Assembly (NCBI GenBank): GCA_005889295.1
Contig: VBEY01000231.1
Location: 1 to 55,316, forward strand
DNA length: 55,316 bases
Origin: Chloroflexota bacterium
Lineage (GTDB): Bacteria; Chloroflexota; Limnocylindria; P2-11E
Direction: 5' to 3'
Below, piece after piece: positions 25,001 to 34,443 of the stretch. The notes under the pieces are model-generated. The model did no database searches, was not told where the DNA came from, and saw only the letters and a program-made list of their open reading frames with translations. Both the position numbers and the translations under genes were made by a program. How positions within the stretch are numbered: the first letter of the stretch is position 1; each line of letters opens with the position of its first letter.

Positions 25001-25890
25001 GCCGCCACCTCGCCTTCGCGGTCGCCGGCGATCGCCTCTTCGAGCGACGCCACGGCCACCTCGATCATCCGGGCGTCCGGTCGGCGCGTCGTGATGCGCT
25101 GCAGGAGGAGCCCGGGCGCGACGAGCAGCCGCATCACAGGTGACCGCTCATGCGCCGCGCCGAGACGGAGCGCCTCGTACGAGATGGACGCGACCGGGAT
25201 GACCAGCAGGAGCCGAACCACAAGGTCGACCAGCAGGTTCACTCGCGGCAGGAACGCGAAGATCGCGATCGCGATGACGACGACAAGCAGCAGGAACGCG
25301 GTGCCGCAGCGTGGGTGGGCCGTCGGATACTGCTCGATGCGCGCGGGAACGAGTGGATCGCCGTGCTCGAACGCATGGATGGTCATGTGCTCGGCGCCGT
25401 GATACGCGAAGACGCGCCGCACGTCCGGCAGGAAGGAGATCGCGACGAGGTAGCCGACGAGCAGCGCAAGCCGGATCAGGCCCTCGGTCACGTTGAGGAC
25501 GATCGAGCTTGGGATCAGCGCGCGAGCCGCGCTCGTGGCGAGATACGGCACGCCGATGAAGAGCAGAAGCGCGCCGGCGAGGGCCACGCCCATGATGAGC
25601 GTGTTCCCGCCCTTCCCGAGCTGCTCCTCCTCGTCGAGCTGCACCTCGGCGGAGCGCATGAGCATGCGGATGCCGTAACTGAGCGACTCCCAGAGCACAA
25701 CGACCCCGCGCACGAACGGTAGGCGCGCAACGCGCGAGCGGACGAGCGGGGAACGGAGCGGCTCGCGGTAGCGGTAGATCTCACCGTTCGGCTTGCGACA
25801 CGCAAGCGCTATGGTGCGACGACCGCGGATCATGACGCCTTCGATGACCGCCTGCCCGCCATAGAGAGTGGGCTGCTGCTTTTCGGTCAT
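24997..25890 (-). CDS. DUF1385 domain membrane protein
   Basis: LYGGQAVIEGVMIRG N-terminus and AYHGAEHM motif. The stop overlaps the prfA start (ATGA). Confidence 0.8.
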   Translation of the reverse strand: MTEKQQPTLYGGQAVIEGVMIRGRRTIALACRKPNGEIYRYREPLRSPLVRSRVARLPFVRGVVVLWESLSYGIRMLMRSAEVQLDEEEQLGKGGNTLIMGVALAGALLLFIGVPYLATSAARALIPSSIVLNVTEGLIRLALLVGYLVAISFLPDVRRVFAYHGAEHMTIHAFEHGDPLVPARIEQYPTAHPRCGTAFLLLVVVIAIAIFAFLPRVNLLVDLVVRLLLVIPVASISYEALRLGAAHERSPVMRLLVAPGLLLQRITTRRPDARMIEVAVASLEEAIAGDREGEVAA

Positions 25891-25919
25891 ACCCGGTCGT
25901 GGCCGGGCGTGATCGGCAC

Positions 25920-26162
25920 CTAACGGTGCGGGGCGGCCTCCGCGGACGCGGGCGCGTCGGCCGCTTTCTTGGCGTACCGCTTCGTAAAGCGCTCGACGCG
26001 ACCCTGGACGTCGAGGATGTGCTGCGTCCCGGTGTAGAAGGGATGGCAGCCGGCACAGACCTCCACGTGGAGCTCCGGCTTCGTCGACCCGGTCGTGTAA
26101 CTGCGACCGCAGGCGCAGATGATCTTCGCCTGCATGTATTTGGGGTGAATCTTCTCTTTCAT
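25920..26162 (-). CDS. rpmE: 50S ribosomal protein L31 (Zn-binding type)
   Basis: MKEKIHPKY...CACG...[10 protein letters not shown]. Confidence 0.93.
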   Translation of the reverse strand: MKEKIHPKYMQAKIICACGRSYTTGSTKPELHVEVCAGCHPFYTGTQHILDVQGRVERFTKRYAKKAADAPASAEAAPHR

Positions 26163-26172
26163 GACCTGACCT

Positions 26173-26427
26173 CTATACCGCGACGACGTTCACACGGCGC
26201 CGGTCGTCGCGTGCCGCCTTGAACTCCACGGTCCCCGCAATGAGGGCGAAGAGCGTGTGGTCCTTGCCCACGCCGACATTGTTTCCGGGCAGGACCTTGG
26301 TGCCGCGCTGCCGGACGATGATCGTGCCGGCTTCGACGCGAGCGCCCGCGTATTCCTTGACGCCGAGCCGCTGGCCGGCGCTGTCTCGTCCGTTGCGGGT
26401 GGAACCCGCGCCTTTCTTGTGTGCCAT
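26173..26427 (-). CDS. rpmA: 50S ribosomal protein L27
   Basis: [24 protein letters not shown]...IIVRQRGTK. Internal Met of track ORF 26173..26571. Confidence 0.93.
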   Translation of the reverse strand: MAHKKGAGSTRNGRDSAGQRLGVKEYAGARVEAGTIIVRQRGTKVLPGNNVGVGKDHTLFALIAGTVEFKAARDDRRRVNVVAV

Positions 26428-26431
26428 TTCC

Positions 26432-26671
26432 TTACGCCTCGATCTTCGTGATGCGGAGAGTCGTCTCGTCCTGCCGGTGACCGCGGGTCTTCCGCGACCG
26501 CGTCTTGTTCTTGTATTTGAACACGCGGATCTTCGGTCCTCTTCCGTGCCCGACGATCTGGGCGGTGACAATGGCGTCGGTCACGAACGGGGTTCCGGCG
26601 CGGACGCGTACGCCGTCGGCGAAGAGCAGCACCTGGTCGCTTCGCGCGCCGCTACGGACGACCGCGTACAC
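26432..26671 (-). CDS. rplU: 50S ribosomal protein L21, unusually short (79 aa)
   Basis: GTG start [11 protein letters not shown] preceded by GGAGAGG. The C-terminal two-thirds ([27 protein letters not shown]) is typical L21. Confidence 0.8.
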   Translation of the reverse strand: MYAVVRSGARSDQVLLFADGVRVRAGTPFVTDAIVTAQIVGHGRGPKIRVFKYKNKTRSRKTRGHRQDETTLRITKIEA

Positions 26672-26694
26672 GGACTCTGGACCTCTCCGAACAG

Positions 26695-26721
26695 AAAAAG
26701 TCGCCGCGCTGCATGCGCGAC
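26695..26721 (-). terminator. terminator-like hairpin plus T5 run in the rplU upstream region
   Basis: On the minus strand GTCGCGC...GCGCGGCGAC forms a 7-bp stem with one bulge, followed by TTTTT. It lies between a TATACT hexamer (26735-26730) and the rplU RBS. Confidence 0.35.
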
Positions 26722-26799
26722 GCAATAAAAGTATAGCTGACGACTACCCTCCGGCAGTCCTCGCCGGTCGCTCGCTTCGGCTCGGCGGCCGCGGCTAGC

Positions 26800-28026
26800 T
26801 CAAGCGGCCGTGGGGACTGGCACCATCGACGGCCGGGCCCACAACCGAAGAGTGAAGGTGACAAGGCCCAGAAGGATCGCGAGCCCCATGACCGGGGCCG
26901 TGAAGCGTTCGAAGAACGTGATGTTCGCGAGCAGCACGACGATGAACGCCGCCACGCCGGCATTCAGGCCCCAGAAGACCACGCTGTCCGCCCACGGCAG
27001 CACGGCCGTGCGGTCGGCGGTGAACGCAATGAGTAGCGCGAAATTCAAGTTGGTCATCACGCCGACGAAGAGGGCGTGGTCGAGGGTCACCGCCACCGAC
27101 GACGGCACCTCGCTGAAGTCCTTGTAGATGTTGAGTACGAACAGGGCGAGGATCAGGTAGATGATCGAGCCGACGTTGAGCACGAGGAACGGCACCGCGA
27201 CAGCGGCATGACGCGAGCTGCCGGCGTGGGTCCAGCTCGATCGTACCGCCGACCAGCCGACCCGGATGAGGAAGATCACGAGCGCGGGGATCTCGAGGAG
27301 GACTGCGCCGCCGGCAGCCTGCGGTTGACCGAGCGCGAAGCCGACGGCGATCGCGAGGGCACCCAAGAAGAGAAGGCCCACCTGGACACGGCCGGCCCAC
27401 GACGCGGACGTCGACGTAGGCCTGTACCAGTACTCGATGAGTCCCATACCGAGAAGCAGGAGGAAGCCGACGACCTGAGCGGTGATGTGGCCACCGATGA
27501 TGTTCATCGGCTCGAACTGATCGCCCCTCGCGAGCGCGAACTGCGCGTACACGCCGAGGGACGACCCGATGACCAACGAGACCAGACCTGCGATCGCCGA
27601 GAGCTGAGGCACGCTGAGACGTCCAAGGCCGATGCGTCGCGCCTCTCCGATGGACCAGCCGAGAAGGAAGACGATGGCGACGAACACCGGGGTGCTGAGG
27701 GCCGCGCGAGCGATGAAGCTCCCGCTCCAGAACCCGGCGACGTAGAGAGGAATGCTTCCCGTGAGCGCGATGGCCAGGCCACGAACGAGGCCCTCGTTCG
27801 CTTTGCGAGGACCGGTGCCGCCGAAGATCCAAAGGCAAGCAGCGGCGACACCGAGGGTGATCCAGCCGAGCGTTCCAGCGTGAACGTGCGTGAGGAGGAC
27901 GCTGCGCTCGAGCGTCCCGAACACTTTCGTGCCGTTTGCAATCCCGATCAGCACTGTGACGACGAAGATCAGCATCGCGATCTGAAGCAGCCACCCGATC
28001 TCCGGGCGGTAGCGCAGCGTTCCCAC
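26800..28026 (-). CDS. hypothetical polytopic membrane protein (about 12 helices)
   Basis: 408 aa with His residues inside hydrophobic segments (LLTHVHAGTLGW, GGHITAQVVGF, LDHALFVGVM). No family assigned. Confidence 0.55.
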   Translation of the reverse strand: MGTLRYRPEIGWLLQIAMLIFVVTVLIGIANGTKVFGTLERSVLLTHVHAGTLGWITLGVAAACLWIFGGTGPRKANEGLVRGLAIALTGSIPLYVAGFWSGSFIARAALSTPVFVAIVFLLGWSIGEARRIGLGRLSVPQLSAIAGLVSLVIGSSLGVYAQFALARGDQFEPMNIIGGHITAQVVGFLLLLGMGLIEYWYRPTSTSASWAGRVQVGLLFLGALAIAVGFALGQPQAAGGAVLLEIPALVIFLIRVGWSAVRSSWTHAGSSRHAAVAVPFLVLNVGSIIYLILALFVLNIYKDFSEVPSSVAVTLDHALFVGVMTNLNFALLIAFTADRTAVLPWADSVVFWGLNAGVAAFIVVLLANITFFERFTAPVMGLAILLGLVTFTLRLWARPSMVPVPTAA

Positions 28027-28037
28027 GGATTCCTCCC

Positions 28038-28682
28038 TCAGCGCGCTCGCGAGTCGAGAGCGACGACCTGCACGTTTTCAGGCAGCGAACCGCGCGTCAC
28101 GGACAGTTTGGGCACGGGCGTCAAATCTTTGACGCCGAGCTCGTGGAGCAGCCGGTCGAAGGGAGCGTGCGTGTCCTTCTTCGCGTCGGGGTCGTAGGAC
28201 ATCGGCACGACGACCTTGGGTTCGAGCTGGTGGATGACCTCGGCGGCCTTCGCCGCCGTGAGATTCACGTCGCCCCCGGAGATCGGGACGAGGACGATGT
28301 CCACGTCACCAAGACGTTCGAGGTCGCCCGCGGAAAGCTCATGGCCGAGATCCCCGAGGTGGCAAATGACGAGGTCGTCCAACCGGATCGCGAAGACCGT
28401 GTTCCGTCCCCGGACCGAACCCTTCGAATCATCGTGGAAGGTGCCGAGACCGGTCACCAGGACCTCGTGGACCTCGTATTCACCCGGGCCGCGAAGCACG
28501 ACGGGCTCGCCGCCGACCGACTTGAGACTCGAGTGCCCGGGGTGCTCGTGCGAGATGGTGACGATGGCGGCCTCGGTCTTGGTTATGGCGTGCCCAGACT
28601 TGGGGTCAGGTGGGTCGGCCAGCACGACGCCTTCGCGCCCGCGCATGCGAAAACAAGCGTGACCGAGCCAGGTCAGGTCCAT
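28038..28682 (-). CDS. MBL-fold metal-dependent hydrolase (UPF0173-like)
   Basis: Start chosen at MDLTWLGHACFRM, the typical N-terminus of this family. Also SHEHPGH. Confidence 0.8.
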   Translation of the reverse strand: MDLTWLGHACFRMRGREGVVLADPPDPKSGHAITKTEAAIVTISHEHPGHSSLKSVGGEPVVLRGPGEYEVHEVLVTGLGTFHDDSKGSVRGRNTVFAIRLDDLVICHLGDLGHELSAGDLERLGDVDIVLVPISGGDVNLTAAKAAEVIHQLEPKVVVPMSYDPDAKKDTHAPFDRLLHELGVKDLTPVPKLSVTRGSLPENVQVVALDSRAR

Positions 28683-29331
28683 GGAGCGGGGCCGAGAATA
28701 CGCGAAACAACGCGCCGGCCGAGCGGGTAGTCCAACTCGACCCGACCTCCTGGCTGGGGCGGCGGAGGCTTCTCTGACCGACACCGACCAGGACGTCGTC
28801 AAGGCTTGTCTGGCTGGTGATGCGGACGCCTACGCGGCTTTGGTCGAGCGCTACGGTGGCCGCGTGTTCAACATCGCACTCCGGATCACCGCCGACACCG
28901 ACGCGGCGAAGGACTGCGCACAGGAGGCTTTCATTCGCGCCTATCGCGCGCTCCATCAGTACGACCCCGCGCTCCCGTTCGGCCCCTGGCTGTATCGGAT
29001 CACGACGAACGCGAGCCTCAACCACGTGCAACGCTGGCACGCCCACCAAACACCGGTCGACGAGCTGCCCGAGGATCCCGAGGAGATCGCGGAGGGTCCC
29101 GAGGCGACCGCGGTCCGCCGTGAAGAGGTCGCCGAGGTCGTGGCGGCGATGGAAGAGCTTCCGCCGGCGTACCGCGCCGCGCTCACCCTCCGCCACATGC
29201 AGCAGCTCTCCTATCAGGAGGTTGCCGATGCCCTCGGGATCCCCCTGGGTACGGTGAAGACGCACCTGCATCGCGCGAGGGCCGCGCTCAAGGTGCGCCT
29301 CGCCGCGCGCCTGAGGGGGCGAAGCGCATGA
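28681..29331 (+). CDS. ECF-type RNA polymerase sigma factor
   Basis: Region 2 (AYAALVERYGGRVFNIALRITADTDAAKDCAQEAFIRAY) and region 4.2 (LSYQEVADALGIPLGTVKTHLHRAR). There is no alternative in-frame start before region 2. Confidence 0.88.
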   Translation: MERGREYAKQRAGRAGSPTRPDLLAGAAEASLTDTDQDVVKACLAGDADAYAALVERYGGRVFNIALRITADTDAAKDCAQEAFIRAYRALHQYDPALPFGPWLYRITTNASLNHVQRWHAHQTPVDELPEDPEEIAEGPEATAVRREEVAEVVAAMEELPPAYRAALTLRHMQQLSYQEVADALGIPLGTVKTHLHRARAALKVRLAARLRGRSA

Positions 29332-29717
29332 GCGGATTCGCCCCGGGCGACCTCGACCCGGCGGAGCGGCGAACCCACCAGCTGCTCGCGAGCGTCCCTC
29401 CGCGCGCGGTTCCGCTTGGCTTTCGCGACGCGGTCATGCGCGGGGTCGCGGGCGAAAGACGAATGGCATGGGAGTGGATAACCGCGGCGGCCCTCGCGGT
29501 CCCCTCGCTCGTGTTTCTCGTGTATCAGCACGCGACGAACGGGGACGAGCTCGCCACGGCCTTCAACAACGTGATCGCCGCCGCGACCGCGGACTCGGCC
29601 GACGCCTTCTTCTTCGTAGACGGCGCGACGGTGCTGGCGCTCGCGCTCGTGGGGATCGCGAGCCTCATCGCGGCGCATGCCGCGATCGCGATGCCGATGC
29701 GTCGGACCGCGAGATGA
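29328..29717 (+). CDS. putative membrane anti-sigma factor
   Basis: ATGA overlap with the sigma gene. 129 aa: short cytoplasmic N-terminus followed by two transmembrane helices. The call rests on position and topology only. Confidence 0.5.
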   Translation: MSGFAPGDLDPAERRTHQLLASVPPRAVPLGFRDAVMRGVAGERRMAWEWITAAALAVPSLVFLVYQHATNGDELATAFNNVIAAATADSADAFFFVDGATVLALALVGIASLIAAHAAIAMPMRRTAR

Positions 29718-30487
29718 AGCAGCGCGACGCGTTGGTCGTGCTCGGCGCCGTGATGCTCGCGGTCGGTGTCTCCGCGATCCTTCTCGCGTCGTCGCTGGCG
29801 TCGGCTTCACCGAACCGCCGCATCTTCTTCGACCCCCGCAACTCGCCACCACCGGCTCGCACTGTGATCGACACCCAGCGCGATCTTCCAGGCGCTCTCC
29901 AGCCGATCGTCCCGGTGCAGCGCGGGCTCACCGACACGGCTCGCGACGCGGCCGGCTATCTCCTCATCCTCCTCGCGACGTCGGGCGCTCTCGTCCTTGC
30001 CCGCGACCAGGTCGTGAGCACCTATCGCGCGTCGTTCGGAGGCTGGCGGTCGCAACTCCGTGTCCTCTTGAGCGGGCTCGCGGTCATCGGAGTCGGGGTC
30101 TCTGCGGCAGCGCTCGCTGGGATCGTTTTCCTCGGCTCCGTTACGAGCCTTCGCAACGCCGGAGTGGTCGGGGTCCCCGCCGCGCTCCAGGTGGGCCTCG
30201 CCACGTTCAGCGTGATCCTCGTCGTCACGGGGATCGCCGCCGTGGTCGGTTTCGCCGCCGCCTCCTGGCGCCTGGGGGACGCCCTGTTCAGGGTCGGGCG
30301 GCTCCGCCGCTACAACGGGAAGGTGCCAGCGCCTCTCATCGCCCTCTTAGGCGCCACCCTTATCTATATCTCGTGGCAGCTTCCATATCTGGGCGCTGTG
30401 GCCGTGGTGGGGGCCCTCGCGTATGCGCTTGGCGCGGTCGTGACGGCGCGCCTGTCGCCTGCCCCGCGCCCACAGAGCGCGACGTAA
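29714..30487 (+). CDS. hypothetical polytopic membrane protein
   Basis: The ATG at 29714 overlaps the upstream stop (ATGA). 257 aa: MKQRDALVVLGAVMLAVGV... with about 6 hydrophobic segments. Confidence 0.5.
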   Translation: MKQRDALVVLGAVMLAVGVSAILLASSLASASPNRRIFFDPRNSPPPARTVIDTQRDLPGALQPIVPVQRGLTDTARDAAGYLLILLATSGALVLARDQVVSTYRASFGGWRSQLRVLLSGLAVIGVGVSAAALAGIVFLGSVTSLRNAGVVGVPAALQVGLATFSVILVVTGIAAVVGFAAASWRLGDALFRVGRLRRYNGKVPAPLIALLGATLIYISWQLPYLGAVAVVGALAYALGAVVTARLSPAPRPQSAT

Positions 30488-30518
30488 GAGGCGCGACGGA
30501 GCAGAGGGGAAGACACCG

Positions 30519-32408
30519 ATGACCGTATTTCGAGGAATCCTGATGACCTGGCCCGGTCGGATCTTTGCTCTCGCCCTGGTCGGATTGATGGCGGGCGGCG
30601 CGGTCTTCGTGTCTCGCGCGAACGCCCCCGCCGCGAAGACGGAGATCCGCACGCAAGCCGTGACGAAGGGCTCGGTCATCCAGAGCGTCGCGGTTTCCGG
30701 ATCGGTCGCGGCGATGAACCAGACAAAGATGAGCTTCAAGACCTCGGGCAAGATCGCGGCTATCTACGTGTCGGTGGGTCAGCAGGTGACGGCCGGCCAG
30801 CCGCTCGCGAAGCTCGACACGACCGACCTGGAAGCCGCTCTCGCGCAGGCGCAGGCGAACCTCGTGACCGCGCAGAACAACTACAACCGCACCGCCTCAA
30901 CGACGAGCGACGCGCAGAAGGCGCTGAACCAGGCTCGCCAGCAGGCCGCGCAGGATCTCGCGACGGCGCAGGCCGCCCTCGCCAAGCTCACGACCAACTA
31001 CGCGGCCGCGAAGTCGAACTTCAGCTCATTCACCGACAACGCGACGAGCGGGATCGCGAGCTTCCAGGACAGCCTCGGCACGATCCAGTCGCAGATCGAC
31101 GCACTCATCGCGGAGATGCAGAGGATCGTCGGCGGCGGTGACACCGGCGATCTGCGCAACGCGCTGAATGCGATCAGCGGAGCGAATTCCCCGGCGCTGC
31201 AGAACGCGCGGGCGAACTCGGTCACCCTCCTTTCACCCGCGCTCGCGGACTACCAGAGCGCGCGGAGCGCCTTGCTGTCCCTCGTGGCCCAATACGACGC
31301 GGCGGCCGCAGCAGGGAGCGACACGACTGGCATCGCCTCGAGCTTCCAGCTCGCGCAGACGAACTACACGATCGCGACCTCGCGCCTCACCAGCGCGCTC
31401 GACACGACCTCCGCGGTGCTCGCGACGGTGCAGAGCAGCGTCACCACTGCGCAGGGCAGTCTGAACACGCAGTCGACAAAGGGCCTTCACGATCCCTTCG
31501 ACCAGTGGCGAGCCGACCTGGCCACGCTTTACACGCTGGTGAGCGGACAACAGCAGAACGTCTCGACCGTGAAGCTGAAGATCGCGCAGGCGGCGACCTA
31601 CGCGAACACCATGAACGACGCCATCGGCGGTTCGATCGCGACCGCGACGCAGAACGTGACGACCACGGCGCAGCGCGGACAGCAGTCGATCGATTCGGCC
31701 CAGACGTCCTTGAACTCGAAGCCCTACGACCTGACGAACTCCCAGGCGAGCGTCGACAACGCCTCCGCCGCGGTCGACACGGCACAGTCGAACCTCACGA
31801 ACGCCGTGGCCACCGCGCCGGCCGCGGGCGTGGTCGCCTCCATCGCATCGCAGGTGGGCGAGACCGCCGCGAATCCGTTCATGGTCCTCGCAAACACGAC
31901 CTCGCTCGTCCTCCACGGGACGCTTGGCGAGAGCGACGTCGCCAAGGTGAAGCTCGGCCTCGTCGCGAATATCACCGTGGATGCCGTGAGCAGCACCTCA
32001 CGCATGACGGGCCGTGTCACCTCGCTCGACCCGGTCGCGACGATCCAGTCGGGCGTACCGGTGTACGGCATCGACGTGACCATCGACATCGCGAACCCGC
32101 TGGTGAAGGCCGGTATGACCGGAACGGCGACCGTAATCATCGCGAGCAAGCAGGGCGTCCTCACCGTACCAAACCTCGCGATACGCACGACCGCCGGACG
32201 CCGCTACCTGCAGGTCCTGAAGGGCGGCGAAGTGGTGGACACCGACGCGACCTTCGGTATCGCGAACGACACCACGACGGAAGTGATCAGCGGAGTCGCG
32301 GAGGGCGACCTCGTGGTGCTGCCAGCTGCGCGCGCGACCGCGACCGCACGGCCCGGTGCGGGCGGGGGTGGCTTCGGCGGCGGCGGACCGGTCATCGTCG
32401 GCCGGTGA
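30519..32408 (+). CDS. HlyD/MacA-type periplasmic adaptor (membrane fusion protein) with a greatly expanded helical hairpin
   Basis: N-terminal transmembrane helix. Lipoyl half-motifs [31 protein letters not shown] and [18 protein letters not shown] are separated by about 330 Ala/Gln/Thr/Ser/Leu-rich residues. The C-terminus has beta-barrel-like segments and a Gly-rich tail. Confidence 0.8.
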   Translation: MTVFRGILMTWPGRIFALALVGLMAGGAVFVSRANAPAAKTEIRTQAVTKGSVIQSVAVSGSVAAMNQTKMSFKTSGKIAAIYVSVGQQVTAGQPLAKLDTTDLEAALAQAQANLVTAQNNYNRTASTTSDAQKALNQARQQAAQDLATAQAALAKLTTNYAAAKSNFSSFTDNATSGIASFQDSLGTIQSQIDALIAEMQRIVGGGDTGDLRNALNAISGANSPALQNARANSVTLLSPALADYQSARSALLSLVAQYDAAAAAGSDTTGIASSFQLAQTNYTIATSRLTSALDTTSAVLATVQSSVTTAQGSLNTQSTKGLHDPFDQWRADLATLYTLVSGQQQNVSTVKLKIAQAATYANTMNDAIGGSIATATQNVTTTAQRGQQSIDSAQTSLNSKPYDLTNSQASVDNASAAVDTAQSNLTNAVATAPAAGVVASIASQVGETAANPFMVLANTTSLVLHGTLGESDVAKVKLGLVANITVDAVSSTSRMTGRVTSLDPVATIQSGVPVYGIDVTIDIANPLVKAGMTGTATVIIASKQGVLTVPNLAIRTTAGRRYLQVLKGGEVVDTDATFGIANDTTTEVISGVAEGDLVVLPAARATATARPGAGGGGFGGGGPVIVGR

Positions 32409-33145
32409 TCCAGAGCGTCGTTCAGCTGCGCGGCGTCACGAAGACGTACCGCATCGGGCGGGAGATCACCGTGAATGCCTTGCGCGGCGTCGACCTCGAC
32501 GTCCGGGCCGCTGAGTTCGTAGCGATCATGGGCCCTTCGGGCTCCGGCAAATCAACGCTCATGAACATCCTCGGATGCCTCGACGTGGCCGATGGCGGCA
32601 CGTACATCCTCGCCGGCGAGAACGTTGGAAAGCTCTCCGACGGCCAGCTCGCCGGCATTCGCAACAAGCACGTCGGTTTCGTCTTCCAGACGTACAACCT
32701 GCTCTCGCGACTGAACGCGATCGAGAATGTCGAGCTTCCGCTGATCTATGGGGGCGATCGCAAGCAGCGACGCGAACGCGCCCTCGCGGCGCTCGAGCAG
32801 GTGGGCCTTGGCGACCGGATCCATCACCGCCCGAGCGAGCTCTCCGGCGGCCAGCAGCAGCGTGTAGCGATCGCGCGGGCGCTCCTCAACGATCCGTCGA
32901 TGATCCTCGCCGACGAGCCGACCGGAAACCTCGACTCCCGCTCGAGCGCGGAGATCCTATCGATCTTCCAGCGCCTCAACGACATGGGCAAGACCGTCGT
33001 GATGGTCACGCATGAGCCGGACGTGGCGGCGCACTGCAAGCGCATCGTGCGCATGCGCGACGGGCTCATCGCTCGTGACGAGCTTGTGCCGCGACCGCGC
33101 CGCGCCGAGGACGAGCTCGCCGTTGGCATAGGCGCAGCGGAGTGA
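32405..33145 (+). CDS. ABC transporter ATP-binding protein (MacB/LolD-type)
   Basis: GTG start overlapping the upstream stop (GTGA). Walker [10 protein letters not shown], signature LSGGQQQR, Walker B ILADEPT. Confidence 0.92.
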   Translation: MIQSVVQLRGVTKTYRIGREITVNALRGVDLDVRAAEFVAIMGPSGSGKSTLMNILGCLDVADGGTYILAGENVGKLSDGQLAGIRNKHVGFVFQTYNLLSRLNAIENVELPLIYGGDRKQRRERALAALEQVGLGDRIHHRPSELSGGQQQRVAIARALLNDPSMILADEPTGNLDSRSSAEILSIFQRLNDMGKTVVMVTHEPDVAAHCKRIVRMRDGLIARDELVPRPRRAEDELAVGIGAAE

Positions 33146-34422
33146 AGCTCTACGACTCGTTCCGCTCGGCGCTGCAATCGCTGGTCGTGAACAAGCTTCG
33201 GTCGGCGCTCACGATGCTCGGCGTCATCATCGGCGTCGCCGCCGTCATCGCGATGGTGAGCGTCGGCAACGGCGCATCGCAGAGCGTCCAGAACACGATC
33301 CTCAACCTCGGCTCGAATCTCGTGACGGTGCAGCCGCAGTTCGGCAATGACAACGGCCTCAAGGGGGCGGGCGCGCAAGCGCAGAACCTCACGCTCGACG
33401 ACATGCGCTCGATCCAGGACCAGCTCGGCGCGTCGATCGCCGCGGCGGAGGCCGAGCAGCAGGCTGGCCGCTGGCAGGTGACGGCGGCAGGGCAGAACTG
33501 GAACACCCAGGTGTCCGGCGTGACCGAGGACTACCCCATCGTCCGCGACTGGGGCGTCGATAGCGGCGAGTTCTTCGCGACGTCCGATCTCAACGTGAAC
33601 GCCCAGGTCGCGGTCCTCGGCGCAACGACCGCGACCAACCTGTTCGGGGACATCGACCCGGTGGGCCAAACGATCCAACTGCGGCAGGCGTTCGGTGGCG
33701 GTGGGCAGGGCGGCGGTCAGCAGCGCGCGCGGATCCTGAATTTCCGTGTCGTCGGCGTGCTCGGCATCAAAGGGAGCACTTTCGGCTTCAGCCGCGACGA
33801 TCAGATACTCGTTCCGCTCACGACAGCCCAGCACGTGCTCACCGGCCAGCTCAACCGCGTGAGTCAGATCGTCGTAAAGGCAACGTCAAGCGACACCATG
33901 GAACTCACCACGAGCGACGTGAACAACATCCTTCTCCAGCGCCACAACATCGGCGATCCCGCGAACGCGGACTTCACCGTGACGAATCAGAACGACACGC
34001 TCGCGGCGCTCAGCTCCGTGACCGGCACGTTCACGCTCTTGCTCGGCGCGATCGGCGGGATCTCGCTGCTCGTCGGCGGCATCGGGATCATGAACATCAT
34101 GCTCGTCTCGGTGAACGAGCGGACCCGTGAGATAGGCATCCGCAAGGCCGTCGGCGCGCGCCGCGGAGACATCCTCAACCAGTTCCTCATCGAGGCGATC
34201 GCGCTGACGGGCCTCGGCGGCGTGATCGGCATCCTGCTCGGCTGGGCGATCACGGTGGTCGTCCACCAGATTCCGCAAGCGGCGAGCCTGCCGCTCCTCA
34301 TCACGAGCGGCACCGTGATCATCGCCGTCGGCGTGTCCGTCGCGATCGGCGTCGTCTTCGGGCTCTACCCGGCGATGCGCGCGGCACGGCTCCATCCCAT
34401 CCAGGCACTCAGATACGAGTAG
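33142..34422 (+). CDS. ABC transporter permease (MacB/FtsX-type)
   Basis: 426 aa: N-terminal transmembrane helix, a large extracytoplasmic domain, and a C-terminal FtsX-like three-helix bundle ([28 protein letters not shown]). Confidence 0.9.
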   Translation: MKLYDSFRSALQSLVVNKLRSALTMLGVIIGVAAVIAMVSVGNGASQSVQNTILNLGSNLVTVQPQFGNDNGLKGAGAQAQNLTLDDMRSIQDQLGASIAAAEAEQQAGRWQVTAAGQNWNTQVSGVTEDYPIVRDWGVDSGEFFATSDLNVNAQVAVLGATTATNLFGDIDPVGQTIQLRQAFGGGGQGGGQQRARILNFRVVGVLGIKGSTFGFSRDDQILVPLTTAQHVLTGQLNRVSQIVVKATSSDTMELTTSDVNNILLQRHNIGDPANADFTVTNQNDTLAALSSVTGTFTLLLGAIGGISLLVGGIGIMNIMLVSVNERTREIGIRKAVGARRGDILNQFLIEAIALTGLGGVIGILLGWAITVVVHQIPQAASLPLLITSGTVIIAVGVSVAIGVVFGLYPAMRAARLHPIQALRYE

Positions 34423-34443
34423 CGAACCAAAAAGGGGAATCAG

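Noticed and set aside
29474-29481. Isolated GTGGATAA (reverse DnaA-box 8-mer)
   Set aside because: It is a single copy inside the anti-sigma gene coding sequence with no neighbouring boxes.
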